Positions 34,301 through 45,600 of a DNA stretch of 64,000 bases are shown here, in pieces. Each line of letters starts with the position of its first letter. The first letter of the stretch is position 1. The translations under genes were made by a program, and so were the position numbers. The notes beneath the pieces were generated by a model. That model was not told the DNA's origin. It saw nothing but the letters and a program-made list of their open reading frames with translations, and did no database searches. Source of the DNA: Rebecca billardiae RCC1528 (taxonomy: Eukaryota; Protista; Haptophyta); contig OZ251232.1 of assembly GCA_965240325.2 (NCBI GenBank), positions 496,001 through 560,000 of the forward strand. The letters are read 5' to 3'.

Positions 34301-35056
34301 ATGGCGGGCAAGGGCCTCTCGTTCCTGCACAAGAAGACATGGCACACGCAGCGCTTCGACAACATCGAGAAGAAGTGGCACGCCGAGCAGAAGAAGGCCT
34401 CCGAAGAGCGCATGGTCGAGCAGCTGCGCAAGGAGCGCGAGGAGGACCGGCAGCTCGAGGAGCTGCGCCGGATGCAGGAGGTGGCGACGGGCAAGAAGTC
34501 GGCACCGCGGCTGGACTGGATGTACGAGGTGCCGAAGACGTCGCAGGACGAGTACTTACTCGGCAAGCGCGTGCCCGACAAGGTGGAAGACTCTGCGGTC
34601 AAGCAGGTGAGCAACGTGCCTGGCTCCGCGTTCCTCGCCAAGCCCTCCACCAGCGAGAACGAGCGCTTCCACCTGATGAACGAGGACCCGCTCGTCGCGA
34701 TCCGCCGGCAAGAGCAGCAGGCGCTCGAGTCGGTGCTGTCCAACCCCGTCAAGATGCGCGAGATCAAGCGCGCGGCCGAGCATCGCGGCCCGGGCGCGCG
34801 CGGCGGCGGCAGCGAGTCTTCCTCAGGCAGCGGAAGCTCCGCCGCGCACAAGCGGCGGCGCAAGGAGAAGCGAGAGCGCGACGACGGCGAGCGTCGGCAC
34901 GGGAAGAAGAAGCACAAGAAGCACCACAAGCACAAGGACAAGGACAAGGACAAGGACAGGGACAAGGACAAGCACAGGCACAGGGAGCGGGAGCGGGAGA
35001 GGGAGAGGGACCGGCCGCGTGCTGAGCGCGACGAGCCTGGCGCAGGAGGCCCAGCA

Positions 35057-35097
<41 letters not shown>

Positions 35098-35756
35098 CGT
35101 GGCGCCTGGAGCGAACGGGCAGGAGCACGGGCGGCCGGCCGAGGCGCAGGGCGCGCCCGGCGGCCTGGCCTACGGCCTGCAGCACACGCGTGACCCGTCT
35201 CGCGTGGGGACGGATCGCTCCACCGACGACGCGCAGGAGGCTGCAGCGCACAACCGCGCGCTCCTGCAGAGCCTGCGCGATGGGCGGGCGCACGCGCTCG
35301 GGCCGGGCCGGGGCGCGGCGGGTGCGGTCGCGCCCGCTGCTGCTCGCCGGGGCGGCGCCGCTCCTCCCCGCGCGCTCACGGCGGAGGAGAAGGCCGCACG
35401 GCTGCAGGTGCGTGCGGCCGTGAGCGCGAGCGCCCACCCCGCCGCACCGCGCGCACGGCCACTCGCTGACACACGCCACGGCCTGCGACCGACCCGACGC
35501 GCTGCAGGAGATGCGCGCGGCGGCCGACGCCAGTGACGAGGCCCGCTGGGCTCGCGTGAGCCGCGCGCAGGCCGAGGACGCCGTGGAGCAGCCCAGTGGC
35601 CCGCTGAGCGGTGGCGCGCCCTCCTTTCTGCACGGCGTGCAGCAGGCGGCCATGGGCGGCGACGGCGGCATGTCGATGGAGGAGGCAGTGCGCCGGCGGC
35701 AGCACTACGTGCAGCGAGGGAGCGGTGCCTCCGAAACGAATGCCTTCCGGCGGTAG
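34301..35756 (+). CDS. CWC25: Pre-mRNA splicing factor CWC25 (intron 35408-35507)
   Basis: LHKKTWHT..NIEKKWHAEQK, RLDWMY, DEYLLGK, EDPLVAIRRQEQ, NPVKM; C-terminal AARLQEM..A and VRRRQHYVQR. Confidence 0.93.
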
Positions 35757-35935
35757 GCGTCGGCACGTGCTGGAAAGTGGAGTCTCGTGCGCACTGGACA
35801 TCATCGTCGTCGTCGGACCGTTGCCGTGGCAGCTTGCAATATTCCGCCGCCTTGCATTCATCGACTGCGATTCAAAAATGAATCGTCATCAGCATCGCGG
35901 GTGGATCGTACGTACGTCGTGGATTGTGGATGGCC

Positions 35936-37192
35936 ATGGCGTCCGCGACCGATCTTGCCGGGAAAGCGCTGGCCATTGGGCAGTACGTCGGGCTATCAGT
36001 CGGGCTGATCCTCTTCAACAATTGGCTGCTGAACGATGGTGGCTTCCCTCTGCCGCTCTGCCTTGTGGCCCTGCACCAGGCCCAGAGCATGGTCCTCGCA
36101 GGTGCGCTGCGACTCGCGGGGTACGTGCATCCATTACTGCCGTGGAGTGCAATCGTGCGTCTCGTGGTCCCTATCGGGGTGCTCTTCGCCGGCGCGCTCT
36201 CGACCGGCACGGTCTCGTTCACGTACCTGTCCGTCGCCTTCATACAGATGATCAAGGCGTGGACGCCCGCGGTCGTCCTCGCACTCTCGATTGCGTTCGG
36301 TCTGGAGCGAGCGTCGCCGCAGCTTGGGCTCATCATCTTCATCACGAGCAGCGGAGTGGCGCTCACGATCTACGGGGAGCTCAGGTTCGTCCTCGTAGGT
36401 TTTATCGTGATGATCGCGTCGGACTTCATCGAGGCATTGCGCCTCGTGCTTGTCGAGCTGCTGTATAGGCACCGCACCGAGAGGCTGAGTGGGCTGTCAG
36501 GCGTCTATCATCTCTCGCCCGTGTGCTTCATTTGCGTCGCGCCCATCGCGCTCTACTTCGAGGGCGAGAAGCTGCGCACCGTCATGCAGGATGGCACCGT
36601 CAGCATGTGGGTGCTCACCCTGAATGGCGTCATCGCCTTCGCGCTCAACATTTCCAGCCTCGTGCTCATCCAGCGGACATCTGCGCTCACCCTGAGGGTG
36701 CGCACACCGACGCGCCGCGCTGCAGCCGTGCCGGCAGCCGAGCGCAAGCTGCGCCAGGCTCGACACGGTGGATGGGCCGCGCGCCCAGCCCGCGCTGACA
36801 GCCCCGCGCACGCCCCGTCCACGCCCCGCCCGCCGCAGGTGGTCGGCGTGCTGAAGGACTGGGTCGTGATCATCGCATCCACGTGGATGTTTAACACGAG
36901 CGTGTACCCCACGCAGTGGGTGGGCTATGCCATCGCCTTTGTGGGCGTCGCGCTGTACACGCACTTCAAGTACACGCAGAGTGCTGCGTCGCAGCACCTG
37001 ACGCTGGTGGACGCAACCGGCCCGGCCCGACAAGAAGTGAGAAGAGGAGCAGCCTACTGCTGCTGCTGCTATGACGATGACGAGGCCGTCGCCAACATCA
37101 TTGTGGATGCGTCATCGTGTGACACTCGCGAGCAGGAGCTCGACCCCATCCTGACCGCTCCCAAGTCGCATGCCGACGACACCGACCGCTGA
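35936..37192 (+). CDS. Triose-phosphate/nucleotide-sugar transporter family (TPT/SLC35); in-frame intron 36698-36838
   Basis: LILFNNWLL..FPLP, YLSVAFIQMIKAWTP, GELRFVLVGF, EALRLVLVE, TSALTLR-VVGVLKD. Confidence 0.9.
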   Translation: MASATDLAGKALAIGQYVGLSVGLILFNNWLLNDGGFPLPLCLVALHQAQSMVLAGALRLAGYVHPLLPWSAIVRLVVPIGVLFAGALSTGTVSFTYLSVAFIQMIKAWTPAVVLALSIAFGLERASPQLGLIIFITSSGVALTIYGELRFVLVGFIVMIASDFIEALRLVLVELLYRHRTERLSGLSGVYHLSPVCFICVAPIALYFEGEKLRTVMQDGTVSMWVLTLNGVIAFALNISSLVLIQRTSALTLRVRTPTRRAAAVPAAERKLRQARHGGWAARPARADSPAHAPSTPRPPQVVGVLKDWVVIIASTWMFNTSVYPTQWVGYAIAFVGVALYTHFKYTQSAASQHLTLVDATGPARQEVRRGAAYCCCCYDDDEAVANIIVDASSCDTREQELDPILTAPKSHADDTDR

Positions 37193-37602
37193 TCGATGGA
37201 TGTTACCATACAACGGCGATCAAGCTCGGTGTCGACCGGTGCCAGTGTGACGACGCCCATCAGCATTATTAGATATAAGTCCGCCGCCACTAATATATTA
37301 TAGTATTAATTCTAAATTCCGCCAGCCGGACCATCATCAGCCGCACCGCAGGTGCGCAGACCCGAGTCCTGACGGATGCACTATACTACGACAATAATTG
37401 CTTAGCTGAGGCTAACTACTGCTGACTACCGCCGCTGTAGCTGTCACTAGCAGCTGTGAAGTGTGAGTGTGCCAGTCCGCCGGGCGACTGCGGACTGAGA
37501 CGGCGCGGCGCGGCGGCGGCGGGCCACTGAGTACTGACACTTGACTGCTCCGAGCGAGAGTGCGACGAGTGTCCGCCGGTAGTGAGTTACACTCGTCATA
37601 CG

Positions 37603-38180
37603 ACAGGCAATCGCGGGCAATATTAGGACGAGCTGTCACGTTAAGAAACGGATGGGCGGGCTTCGGCTCAGATCTGCGCACCTGGCCTATAGAAACTGAG
37701 ACTAGCGATTGATGATGGCTGGTTCGGTATACGCATAGTCCGACACTACAGTGACTAAGAAACCGGGACTATACTGTAGTCGTCGCGGCTGATGACGGGG
37801 TCCGCCGAGGCGCAGTGCCCGTGGGACGCGGCGCGCGGCCCGACTACGAGTACAGACTACACGGGCTGCCAACTGTCCCGACGACTCTCTGACTGACTGA
37901 CTCCTGGCCAGTGCACCGCTGCATCGATCCATGCAACACCATATGCCAGATTTGCTCCAAAATGGCCCAAAGCTATTCTCGGCCTCGCCGGCCGGGCCTA
38001 AACTCTAAAGACTCAGCTCGGGGGCTCTGCCCGCCTGCCGCTTCCCGCGCCTGCGCGGCGGGCGGACCTAGCTAAGAAACTGAGACCCCGTAGGCGCTCG
38101 GCGGCTCGGGCTACCGAACGGCTAAGAAACCGAGGGCTAGCCGTGAGATCTCTGACTTCTTATTGCCCGCGATTGCCTGT
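37603..38180. mobile_element. Possible MITE with perfect 20-bp terminal inverted repeats
   Basis: acaggcaatcgcgggcaata (37603-37622) is the reverse complement of 38161-38180; an internal AGAAAC(C/T)GRG-type motif recurs; no TSD seen. Confidence 0.5.
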
Positions 38181-38556
38181 GGTGTAGGCCGCCCGGCCTG
38201 ATGATGATGATCTTGAATAATCTTATTGATTGATGAGAGTACAGCAATCAGCATGAGACTCGCCGCCCTGCCGCCGGGGCTGCCGTCGCAGAGCTTCAGC
38301 TATAGTGAACGGAAAACTGAACAGTATAGCCGGCGTACTCGTCCGGCGCTCGACCTCGCCAGCGGCGGCGACGAAGCTCGGGCGCCAGCAGCACGAAGCA
38401 CGCGTGACGCAGTCGCGCTCTTTGACCCCGGGCAGGCTGCGTGCGAGTGGTCAGTGGTCCTCCCGCGCAATCCTCATCTACATGGTTGCCCGCCGTCATG
38501 ATTATCGCCGCCGCTGCTTATTGATGTACTTGTACTCTTGTTCACATGTGACCTCC

Positions 38557-38675
38557 AGCTACGGCCACAGGTGCGCGAAAACACCGGATCCCATCCGAAC
38601 TCCGCAGTTAAGCGCGTAACCGGGAAGGTAGTAGTCCGGTGGGGGACCACGGGCGAAGTCTTCCTGCTGTAGTTT
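38557..38675 (+). rRNA. 5S ribosomal RNA gene (single copy in window)
   Basis: 119 nt; AGCTACGG pairs with CTGTAGTT (helix I); CACCGGATCCCATCCGAACTCCGCAGTTAAGC (loop C/box A); box C-like GTGGGGGACC. Confidence 0.95.
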
Positions 38676-38679
38676 TTTT
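38673..38679 (+). terminator. RNA polymerase III oligo-T terminator of the 5S gene
   Basis: T7 run at the 5S 3' end. Confidence 0.85.
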
Positions 38680-38696
38680 CCCGCCGAACACAGTTG

Positions 38697-39010
38697 ACTA
38701 AGAAGAAGAGACGCACACAGCTCAGGCAACAATTTACTAAGAATAAGAGACGCACACAGCTCAGGCAGGCGAGATACAGTTTATTTGTTTTAACGTGCGT
38801 AAGGCTCACGGTGGCAGGCTGCCGCGCCATCCTTCATCCGTCATCGCACGCTCTCCGAAGAGAGACCTGGAAACTGGTTTTGAACCCATGACCTCAGATT
38901 ATTATTGGATTATTCTCGCGGCGCTACAGCTTTTTTAGCGTGCGTAGTTACGGCTCACGGTGGCAGGTTGCCGCGCCATCATCCTTATCGCACGCTCTCC
39001 GAAGAGAGAC
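38697..39010. repeat. Two pairs of short direct repeats downstream of 5S
   Basis: actaagaa(g/t)aagagacgcacacagctcaggc twice (38697-38766); ggctcacggtggcagg..gccgcgccatc..atcgcacgctctccgaagagagacc twice (~38803-38868, ~38952-39011). Confidence 0.85.
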
Positions 39011-39462
39011 CAGTCGTACTCCAGAGCCACTAGCCGGCTCAGGGCTGGGAGTTCGTGATGATCCGAAGTGCGCGTGACGGTGATATATATATCACGGCGT
39101 GATCACGTACGTCACGTGATCCGTCACGTCACATCACGTCCCGCGCCGGCCATGGGCGGGCATGGCCTCATCCCGTCAGCTGCACTGTGATGACTGAGTC
39201 CGGTACGGCTTAGTACTCATAGAATAGTACTCCCGGTACGGTCATCGTGATCGTCGCCCGGTCCGGGTCGTCGCGGCAGCATGTGCGGCGACACAGCCCG
39301 GGCTAATGCTGCTGGCTTCTTAATCTTATTATTATTATTATTATTATAGCAGACTTATTGCATGCGTCAATCGCAGGCACACCTGCCGCACGGTGGGGTC
39401 GTCAGCTAGTTTTGATGACTCACCGGGAGCGGCGCCTTTGACGTAACTTATCGTCGGTATAA

Positions 39463-41078
39463 TGGCCCGCGGTGCAGGGCGGAGCGCGCAGCGTGGAGCC
39501 CGCACCAGCGGGCCCGAACCACGTTTCAAAAAGATCTTTGATCAAGAAAAAAGGGACGGGGGGCGATTTTTAGGGCTGGCGGAGACCGAGTTTCGAGTTT
39601 TTGAGATCGCATAGAGAGGTCTATTAGGCCGAAAATAACCGCGTCCAGCTGATTCCCTTAAGTAAAGTGCGATCTGGACGTCAGCTGGACGTGACATTAG
39701 TGTAACGGTTCGTTACGAGCGCGATTTTGTGGGTAGACTCTCGTTCATGTGTGATAGTTTGCCTCCGCCTTGATGAATATGAACTTGGCTTCGCGGCGGT
39801 TGGTATCTAGAGTCTAAAACCCGCAAGCCTTATTGAAAATACCCGCGCAGCTATTCGTTGCCAGCCCATTCCATAGTCACTGACTTACCGAGCTGGCGAG
39901 CTCAAAACCTGCCGCCGTCGCAAGCACGTGACGCGCAGGTTCCTTCGGGGTGGCGAGCGAGCCGCGACGACTCTTGGTCCAAGCCTCCAAGGGGGCGCTC
40001 GATGGGCAGGTGCGCGTGGCAAGTGCCGAGTGGCGCCTGGAGCGCGCGTCTGCGGCGGGTCCCGACGGCCGTCGACATCGCGTTCGTGCCCGCTCACTAG
40101 TCACTCCGCACGCCCCTGCCGCGCCCTGTCGATGCCTGCGCGGCCGGCCGGCGCGCGGCCGCGCCGCCGCCGCCGCAGCCGCCGCCCTGTGTTCGGGCTC
40201 TCGCAAGCTCGGGGGCAGCGGCGCATGATGCCGGACTGATCGATCTCTGAGTCTCCGACTTCACCACACGCCCCCCTTGCCATGCCTCTCCGCCAGGGTC
40301 TCCCAGAACTCTTCTTCAGAGCAGGCGCAAGTCGAACTCGGAACTGGCCGCGGCCCCGCGCGCCGTCGGCTCCCCGTGGCTGTCAGCTCCGCGTGGCCTG
40401 GGCGCCTGGCGTGCCCAGAGCTGGCCGTGCCTCTGCGACGCGTGCCGAGCCTGACCGAGGTGTGTCACCCCGTGCACGCGCGGCGCGCGCAAGCACCGGT
40501 GCTGCATGGCTGCTCGCACCGTGCTCCCTCGGGCTCGCGGTCAGTCAGCTCGGCCGCGTGGTGCCTGGTGTGCACGTAGAGTCGCGCTCATGCGTCGCTC
40601 ACGCCTCGCGCCCGCCTGTCGGCCGTCGCGCAGGCGCGCAGGTCGAACCCTACTGACCTGCAGATCATCTACTCCTGCGCTGCTGGCGTCGCGGCGACGA
40701 CGGTCAGCGGCAGGCCCGAACGAACGGTCGAATCCGCGCGGTCCCGCGCCGTCCGGCTCCCTGGCTGTCAGTCAGCTCCGCCGGTGGCCTGGCGTGCAAC
40801 AGTCGCGCTCGTGCGTCGATCACGCCGAGTCGCATCCGCCTGTCGGCCGTCGCGCACGCGCAGGGGGTCAGGTAAGGGCCGTCTGTGATGAGGGCAGCTC
40901 GGCCGACGACCGACATCCACACTCGGCGCACGCCGGCGGCGGCGCGGCGCTGGGGCGGCGCGCCGCTGGATGGAGTCTAGTTACACGTGTACGGGACGAC
41001 TGCGACGGAGGGTGCACCGCCACCGCGGGCCCCGAACTACGTTCGTTCTACGGAAAAGGACCGCGGAACGCGGTCATA
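39463..41078 (+). mobile_element. Non-autonomous Helitron2/Helentron-like element, copy 2
   Basis: First ~120 bp and last ~75 bp match the ends of 24338-26717, including the subterminal inverted repeat and the GACCGCG-GAA-CGCGGTC hairpin. Flanked by A (5') and T (3'); interior differs. Confidence 0.75.
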
Positions 41079-41313
41079 TATATATGTATATGTATATATA
41101 CATATATAATTTATTAACTAACTAGTCCGCGTGAGCCGCCAATTCAGATTAGTGAGTAGTAGCAGGGTAACCGCTAGCGGCTAGGGCTGGAGCCGCTGAA
41201 TGGCGCTTCGGCCGCCAGTCTGATCACCCGGACGGCCCGCCATTAATAATAATAGGAGCGCGTCGTGCCCTGAAATAAGAATACGTCATTGATGGACGAG
41301 CATATCCATCAGA

Positions 41314-42507
41314 TCAATCATGCGCACGTGCATCGACAGGGACAATCCGCGGCTTGCAGCCAGTCTCGATGAGCACGGCATTCTCGGCGAGATTGACGGT
41401 CGGGCAGATATGGCGTGGGCACAGTAGCAGCGGCTCGTCCAGCTCGAGTAGCGGCTTGGACTCTGACACTGCGCCTGCCCGTGCGCGCCCGCCCTCCGCG
41501 CCCGCCGCGCGCGTGAGAGGGAGGTGTTCTTCTGACGGCGTGAGCGCGAGGAGGTCCGGGCGGCCGAGGACGTGCACGCACGGATCGCCCACCTCGGCAG
41601 CGAGGGACTTGGATCCAGCATCGCACGTGGCGCGCGCAGGCGCCGGGCGCGAGACCACGCGCGCCAGCACGAGCGCCGCGGGCCGCAAGTCGAGCTCCTC
41701 GCTCGTCTGCTCGAGCGTGCGGCCGTCCGTGAAGACGACAGTGCCGGGCGAGACCGCGTGTGCGCGCCCGCGGAAGCCCGCAAAGCTGAGCGCGCCTTCG
41801 AAGGTGGGCGTGCCTGACGTGACGAGGAGCGGCGGGCGTTGAAGAGGCAGGCGGTCGATCAGCTCGCAGAACGCCGCGTAGTTCCCCTCCACCGGCCCGT
41901 GGCCATCGTAGAAGTGCAGGCCGTGCAGCCGCTCACCGGCGGCGCGCACCGCGGCGTGCACTCGCTCGGTGTCGTGAAGCTCGCAGCCGGTGCGGTTGTA
42001 CGCGCCGGCGCCGTCCGCGGCGTCGGGCGGGCCGGGTGGGTTCAGGTCGAGGAAGAGCCGCAGTGACTCCGGCGCTCGGCGGGCCGAGAGCTCGTCCTCG
42101 ATGAGGACTGACACGATGCTGCGGCCGCCGCGCGCCCGGTGCGCGCACACAACGTCTGCGAGCGCGAGCAGGTTGGGCTTCGAGAGCGGGTGGGCGACGA
42201 GGAGATCGACGGGGCGCGTGAGGCTCTCCTCCCGCTCGACGAGGTCGAGGAGCGTGCGGGCCTCGCGCACCGTCGCGCACTTGAACGAGTGCACGCCCGC
42301 GCGGAGCAGCTCACGCCACACAGGCGCCAGCTTGGTCGTCTTCAGGTGAGGCCGCCACCTGTCGGCCGTGCCGACGGCCTGGAGCATGCGAGAAACGTTG
42401 TGACGGACCACGTCCATGTACACCAGCAAGCTGGGGGTCGGGAGGCGATCGAGCAGCGCTGGAGGCAGCTGCGCCCAATACGACGCGGCACTCGCGAGGC
42501 GCGCCAT
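41314..42507 (-). CDS. PLP-dependent D-threonine aldolase / D-serine dehydratase (DSD1)-like enzyme
   Basis: LPTPSLLV, WRPHLKTTK (PLP lysine), FKCATVRE, RTG, HFYDGH, TSGTPTF, DAGSKSL, SEEH, PRHICPTVNL; intronless. Confidence 0.9.
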   Translation of the reverse strand: MARLASAASYWAQLPPALLDRLPTPSLLVYMDVVRHNVSRMLQAVGTADRWRPHLKTTKLAPVWRELLRAGVHSFKCATVREARTLLDLVEREESLTRPVDLLVAHPLSKPNLLALADVVCAHRARGGRSIVSVLIEDELSARRAPESLRLFLDLNPPGPPDAADGAGAYNRTGCELHDTERVHAAVRAAGERLHGLHFYDGHGPVEGNYAAFCELIDRLPLQRPPLLVTSGTPTFEGALSFAGFRGRAHAVSPGTVVFTDGRTLEQTSEELDLRPAALVLARVVSRPAPARATCDAGSKSLAAEVGDPCVHVLGRPDLLALTPSEEHLPLTRAAGAEGGRARAGAVSESKPLLELDEPLLLCPRHICPTVNLAENAVLIETGCKPRIVPVDARAHD

Positions 42508-42677
42508 CGCTCCGTCGATGGGGACGAGAATTATGGTAGGACGCGAAAACGTTACGATATCCCGCCATCCGACCTAGTAACGGCATTGCTGAGCAATATA
42601 GTGTCGTTCCGACTACTCAGTATGAGAATACGTACTCACCCAGCAGGCGCGGCTTGACGGTGCCGGTGCCGGTGGCA

Positions 42678-45600
42678 ATGAACGAGGGCGCACCGCCGCG
42701 CGCCCAGCCGGCCTACATCGTGCGAGGGCACCGCGCGCGGCGCGCCAGTGCGCCCATCGGCATCGACGCGCTCGCCGAGGCGCACGCGCTCCTGCTCAAG
42801 GCGCGCAAGGAGGAGGCTGAGCTGCTCGCTCAGCCGCTGCCGCCGCTGCCCAAGCTGAAGCAGCCGCTGCCGTCCGAGGCCACCGCCGCGCCAAAGCGCA
42901 GGGCGTCGTTTGCAGCGGGATTACCCGGCGCTGGAGCGGGTACTGGGCATCGGCGCCCACCAGGCGCGGACCGCCGCCGATTCAGCGTGCAGGGTAGCGG
43001 GGCTGCGGCGGCTGCGGCGGCGGCAGCGGCGGCGGCCGCGAGCGCGCGGGCCGGCAGAGGCGTCGCGCTCGGCCGAGACGGTGGGCGCAGCACCGACGCG
43101 GGCGAGGCGTCGGGTGGCGTCAACGGCATCGCCGCCGCTCTCGCCGCCGCCGCCGCCCCCGCGCCCGAGCCGCCGCCGCCGGCCCCTCTGCAGCGCGGCC
43201 CGTCCAGCTCGTCCAGCCAGCGCCGCCCTCCGCTCGTGCGGCAGCAGTCGAGCAGCGGCTCGCTGCTGCGGCGCACGTCGTTCAGCAACACGGCGAAGGC
43301 GTCGGCGGCGATCCGCTCGCTCGTGGCCGAGCGCGAGCGCGTCTTCTCGGACAAGCACGTCGAGCAGCCCGTCCTCGGCGCCGACCTCTTCGACTTTGAG
43401 GCCGAGGCGGCGGGCGGCGCGCGCTCGCTCCGTCTGGCGTACCACGAGCATGGCTCTGCGCTCGAGGCGGCGCGCGACCTGGACAAGCGCGCCGCGCTGC
43501 TCAAGCGGCCGGGCGTGCTGCGCGCGATCGCGCGGTACTGGCAGGTCGCCGGGCTGGGCGAGGACGACCGCATGCCGCGGCAGGTCTACCTCACCATCAT
43601 GACGCGCGCGGCGCGCGCGCTCGGCGTGGTGGGCTCCGGGACGTCTGCGATGGCTGACGCGGTCGAGCTGGCGATGGCGGACTGGGCGCGGGACACGCGC
43701 GCGCTGGACGACGGCGGCAGGTCGGGGATGCCGCTGCACGCCTTCACCGCCAGCATCTTCGAGCTCGCCGACACGTGGACCGAGGGCTCCGACGAGACCG
43801 TGCTGACGATCTTCCTGGGGAAGCTCTTCCGCCGCATCACGCGCGTGATCGGCCGTGCGCGCGTGCGGCGGGAGAAGTTCGAGCACGCGGCGGAGGACGC
43901 GGGCGCGGCGGTGGAGGACGCGACGGCGCGGCTGGAGGAGCTGCGCGAGCTCGCGAGCGCGCCGCGCGCCTTCCGCACCCTGCAGGCCGTGCGCAGGCCG
44001 AGGGCGAGCACGGCGCCCGCGCCGCGCGCCGCCCCCGGCTCCGCGCGCGGCCGCGCCGCTGCCTCCGAGGAGGCAGACACGTTCTACATGGCGGAGGGGC
44101 TGGGCGGGCGGCGGGCGCTGCAGCCGGGGCACGTGCGGCTGGTGGTGGAGGGCGCGGAGCGCGAGGGCTCGGTGTCGACCGAGCGCCCGGAGCCCTGGGC
44201 CGAAGCAGCGAGCAGCAGCGCGGCCGCAGCCTCGCAGCCGCGCGCGCTGGCAGAGCGGCTGCCCGCTGCCCCCGCCCCTGCCACCGCTGGCCCCGACGCG
44301 GCTGAGCCCGAGCCAACGGGCGCTCGGCCCTCCGCGCAGCAGGGGCAGGACGACCCCGCCGCCGTGCCCTCAGGCGCGCAGGAGCTGCTGCGCGCGCTCG
44401 AGCTCGCGACTCGGCGCGCGCTCGCGATGAGCGCGAGCGCGCCCGCGCACGGCGGCAGCCGCGCCGCCGGCCTGCCCGCTGTGAGCAGCTCGCAGCTGAG
44501 TGCGCTGCTGGACGCGGCGGAGGCGGCCGGGCTCGAGGAGAGCGCGGACGTGGCGGACGCCGCGGACGCGCTCACGCGGCTGCTGGCGCTCGAGGCCGTG
44601 CGCGCCGCCGCGAGGGCGGTCGAGGCGGAGCGCTCGAGCGTGCACGCCGCCGCCATGCCCCCCTCGGTGGCAGGCGCGCAGCTCGAGGCGGCGCTCGCTG
44701 TCACGCAGCAGCTCGACTCGGCGCTGGGGATGGGGGAGGAGGCGGAGGACGCCGCGGATGCCGCCGCAGCCGACGCAGACGCTCGCGCCACGCGCGCGCT
44801 GCTCGCGCTGGACCAGCTCACCGACGCCGGCCCGCCGCTGGTCGCGCACGAGCGCGCGCAGCGCGCGTATGCGCGCGGCCGCGCGGCGCGGGGCGCGAGG
44901 CTGGGCGTCGAGCCGCGCGCCGTCCGCACCCGGCGGCGGTCGACGGACGGCGCGCTGCCGACGCAGTACCGCCCGCCGCCGCCGCGCGAGCGCCACCCGC
45001 CGCCGCCGCTCCCGCCGCCGCCAGCGGAGCCGGCCGAGCCGCCGCCGCCCGACGCGCTCTTGTCGGTCTCACTGACGCCGCTGGAGCCGTGGGCGGCGGC
45101 AGAAGACGTGCTGCCTCCGCCCTCGCCGCTGCAGCCGCCGCCGGCGTTCCGGCTGTCCGGCGCGGAGGAGGGAGGGGGGGAGGAGGACGACTCCCCCCGC
45201 GAGCCCTCGGGCTGGCCCTCGCCGCGCGGGCCGGACGAGCCCGAGCCCATGTTCGTCGACCCCGACCTGCTCGCCCTTGCTAACGCCTCGCCCGAGGAGA
45301 TCTGTGCGGAGCCGGGCGCGTGGGAGATGGCGGCGGGGCTGCACGAGGGCGCGGGGTTTGACACGGTGCACACGCACGTGCGCGCGGCGGGGCAGCGCGT
45401 GCGCGGCGCGCGGCACCACTCGCCGCGCGCGCTCCGCCACGCGCCGCCGCTGCCCGCGGGCTCGCTCTCGCGCACGGCGCCGCCCAGGTTCAACTGGGCG
45501 CCGCTGGACGCAGCCGCGCGCGCGCCGCGCGCCGAGCGCGAGCAGGACGCGGGCGGCGCGGCTCCCAGGCTGCCGCGCTCGCCAACGCGGCTCAGCCCGC

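Noticed and set aside
38557-39010. 5S-derived SINE (SINE3)
   Set aside because: The 5S is full length with paired ends and an intact T7 terminator, so Pol III should not read into the downstream repeats.
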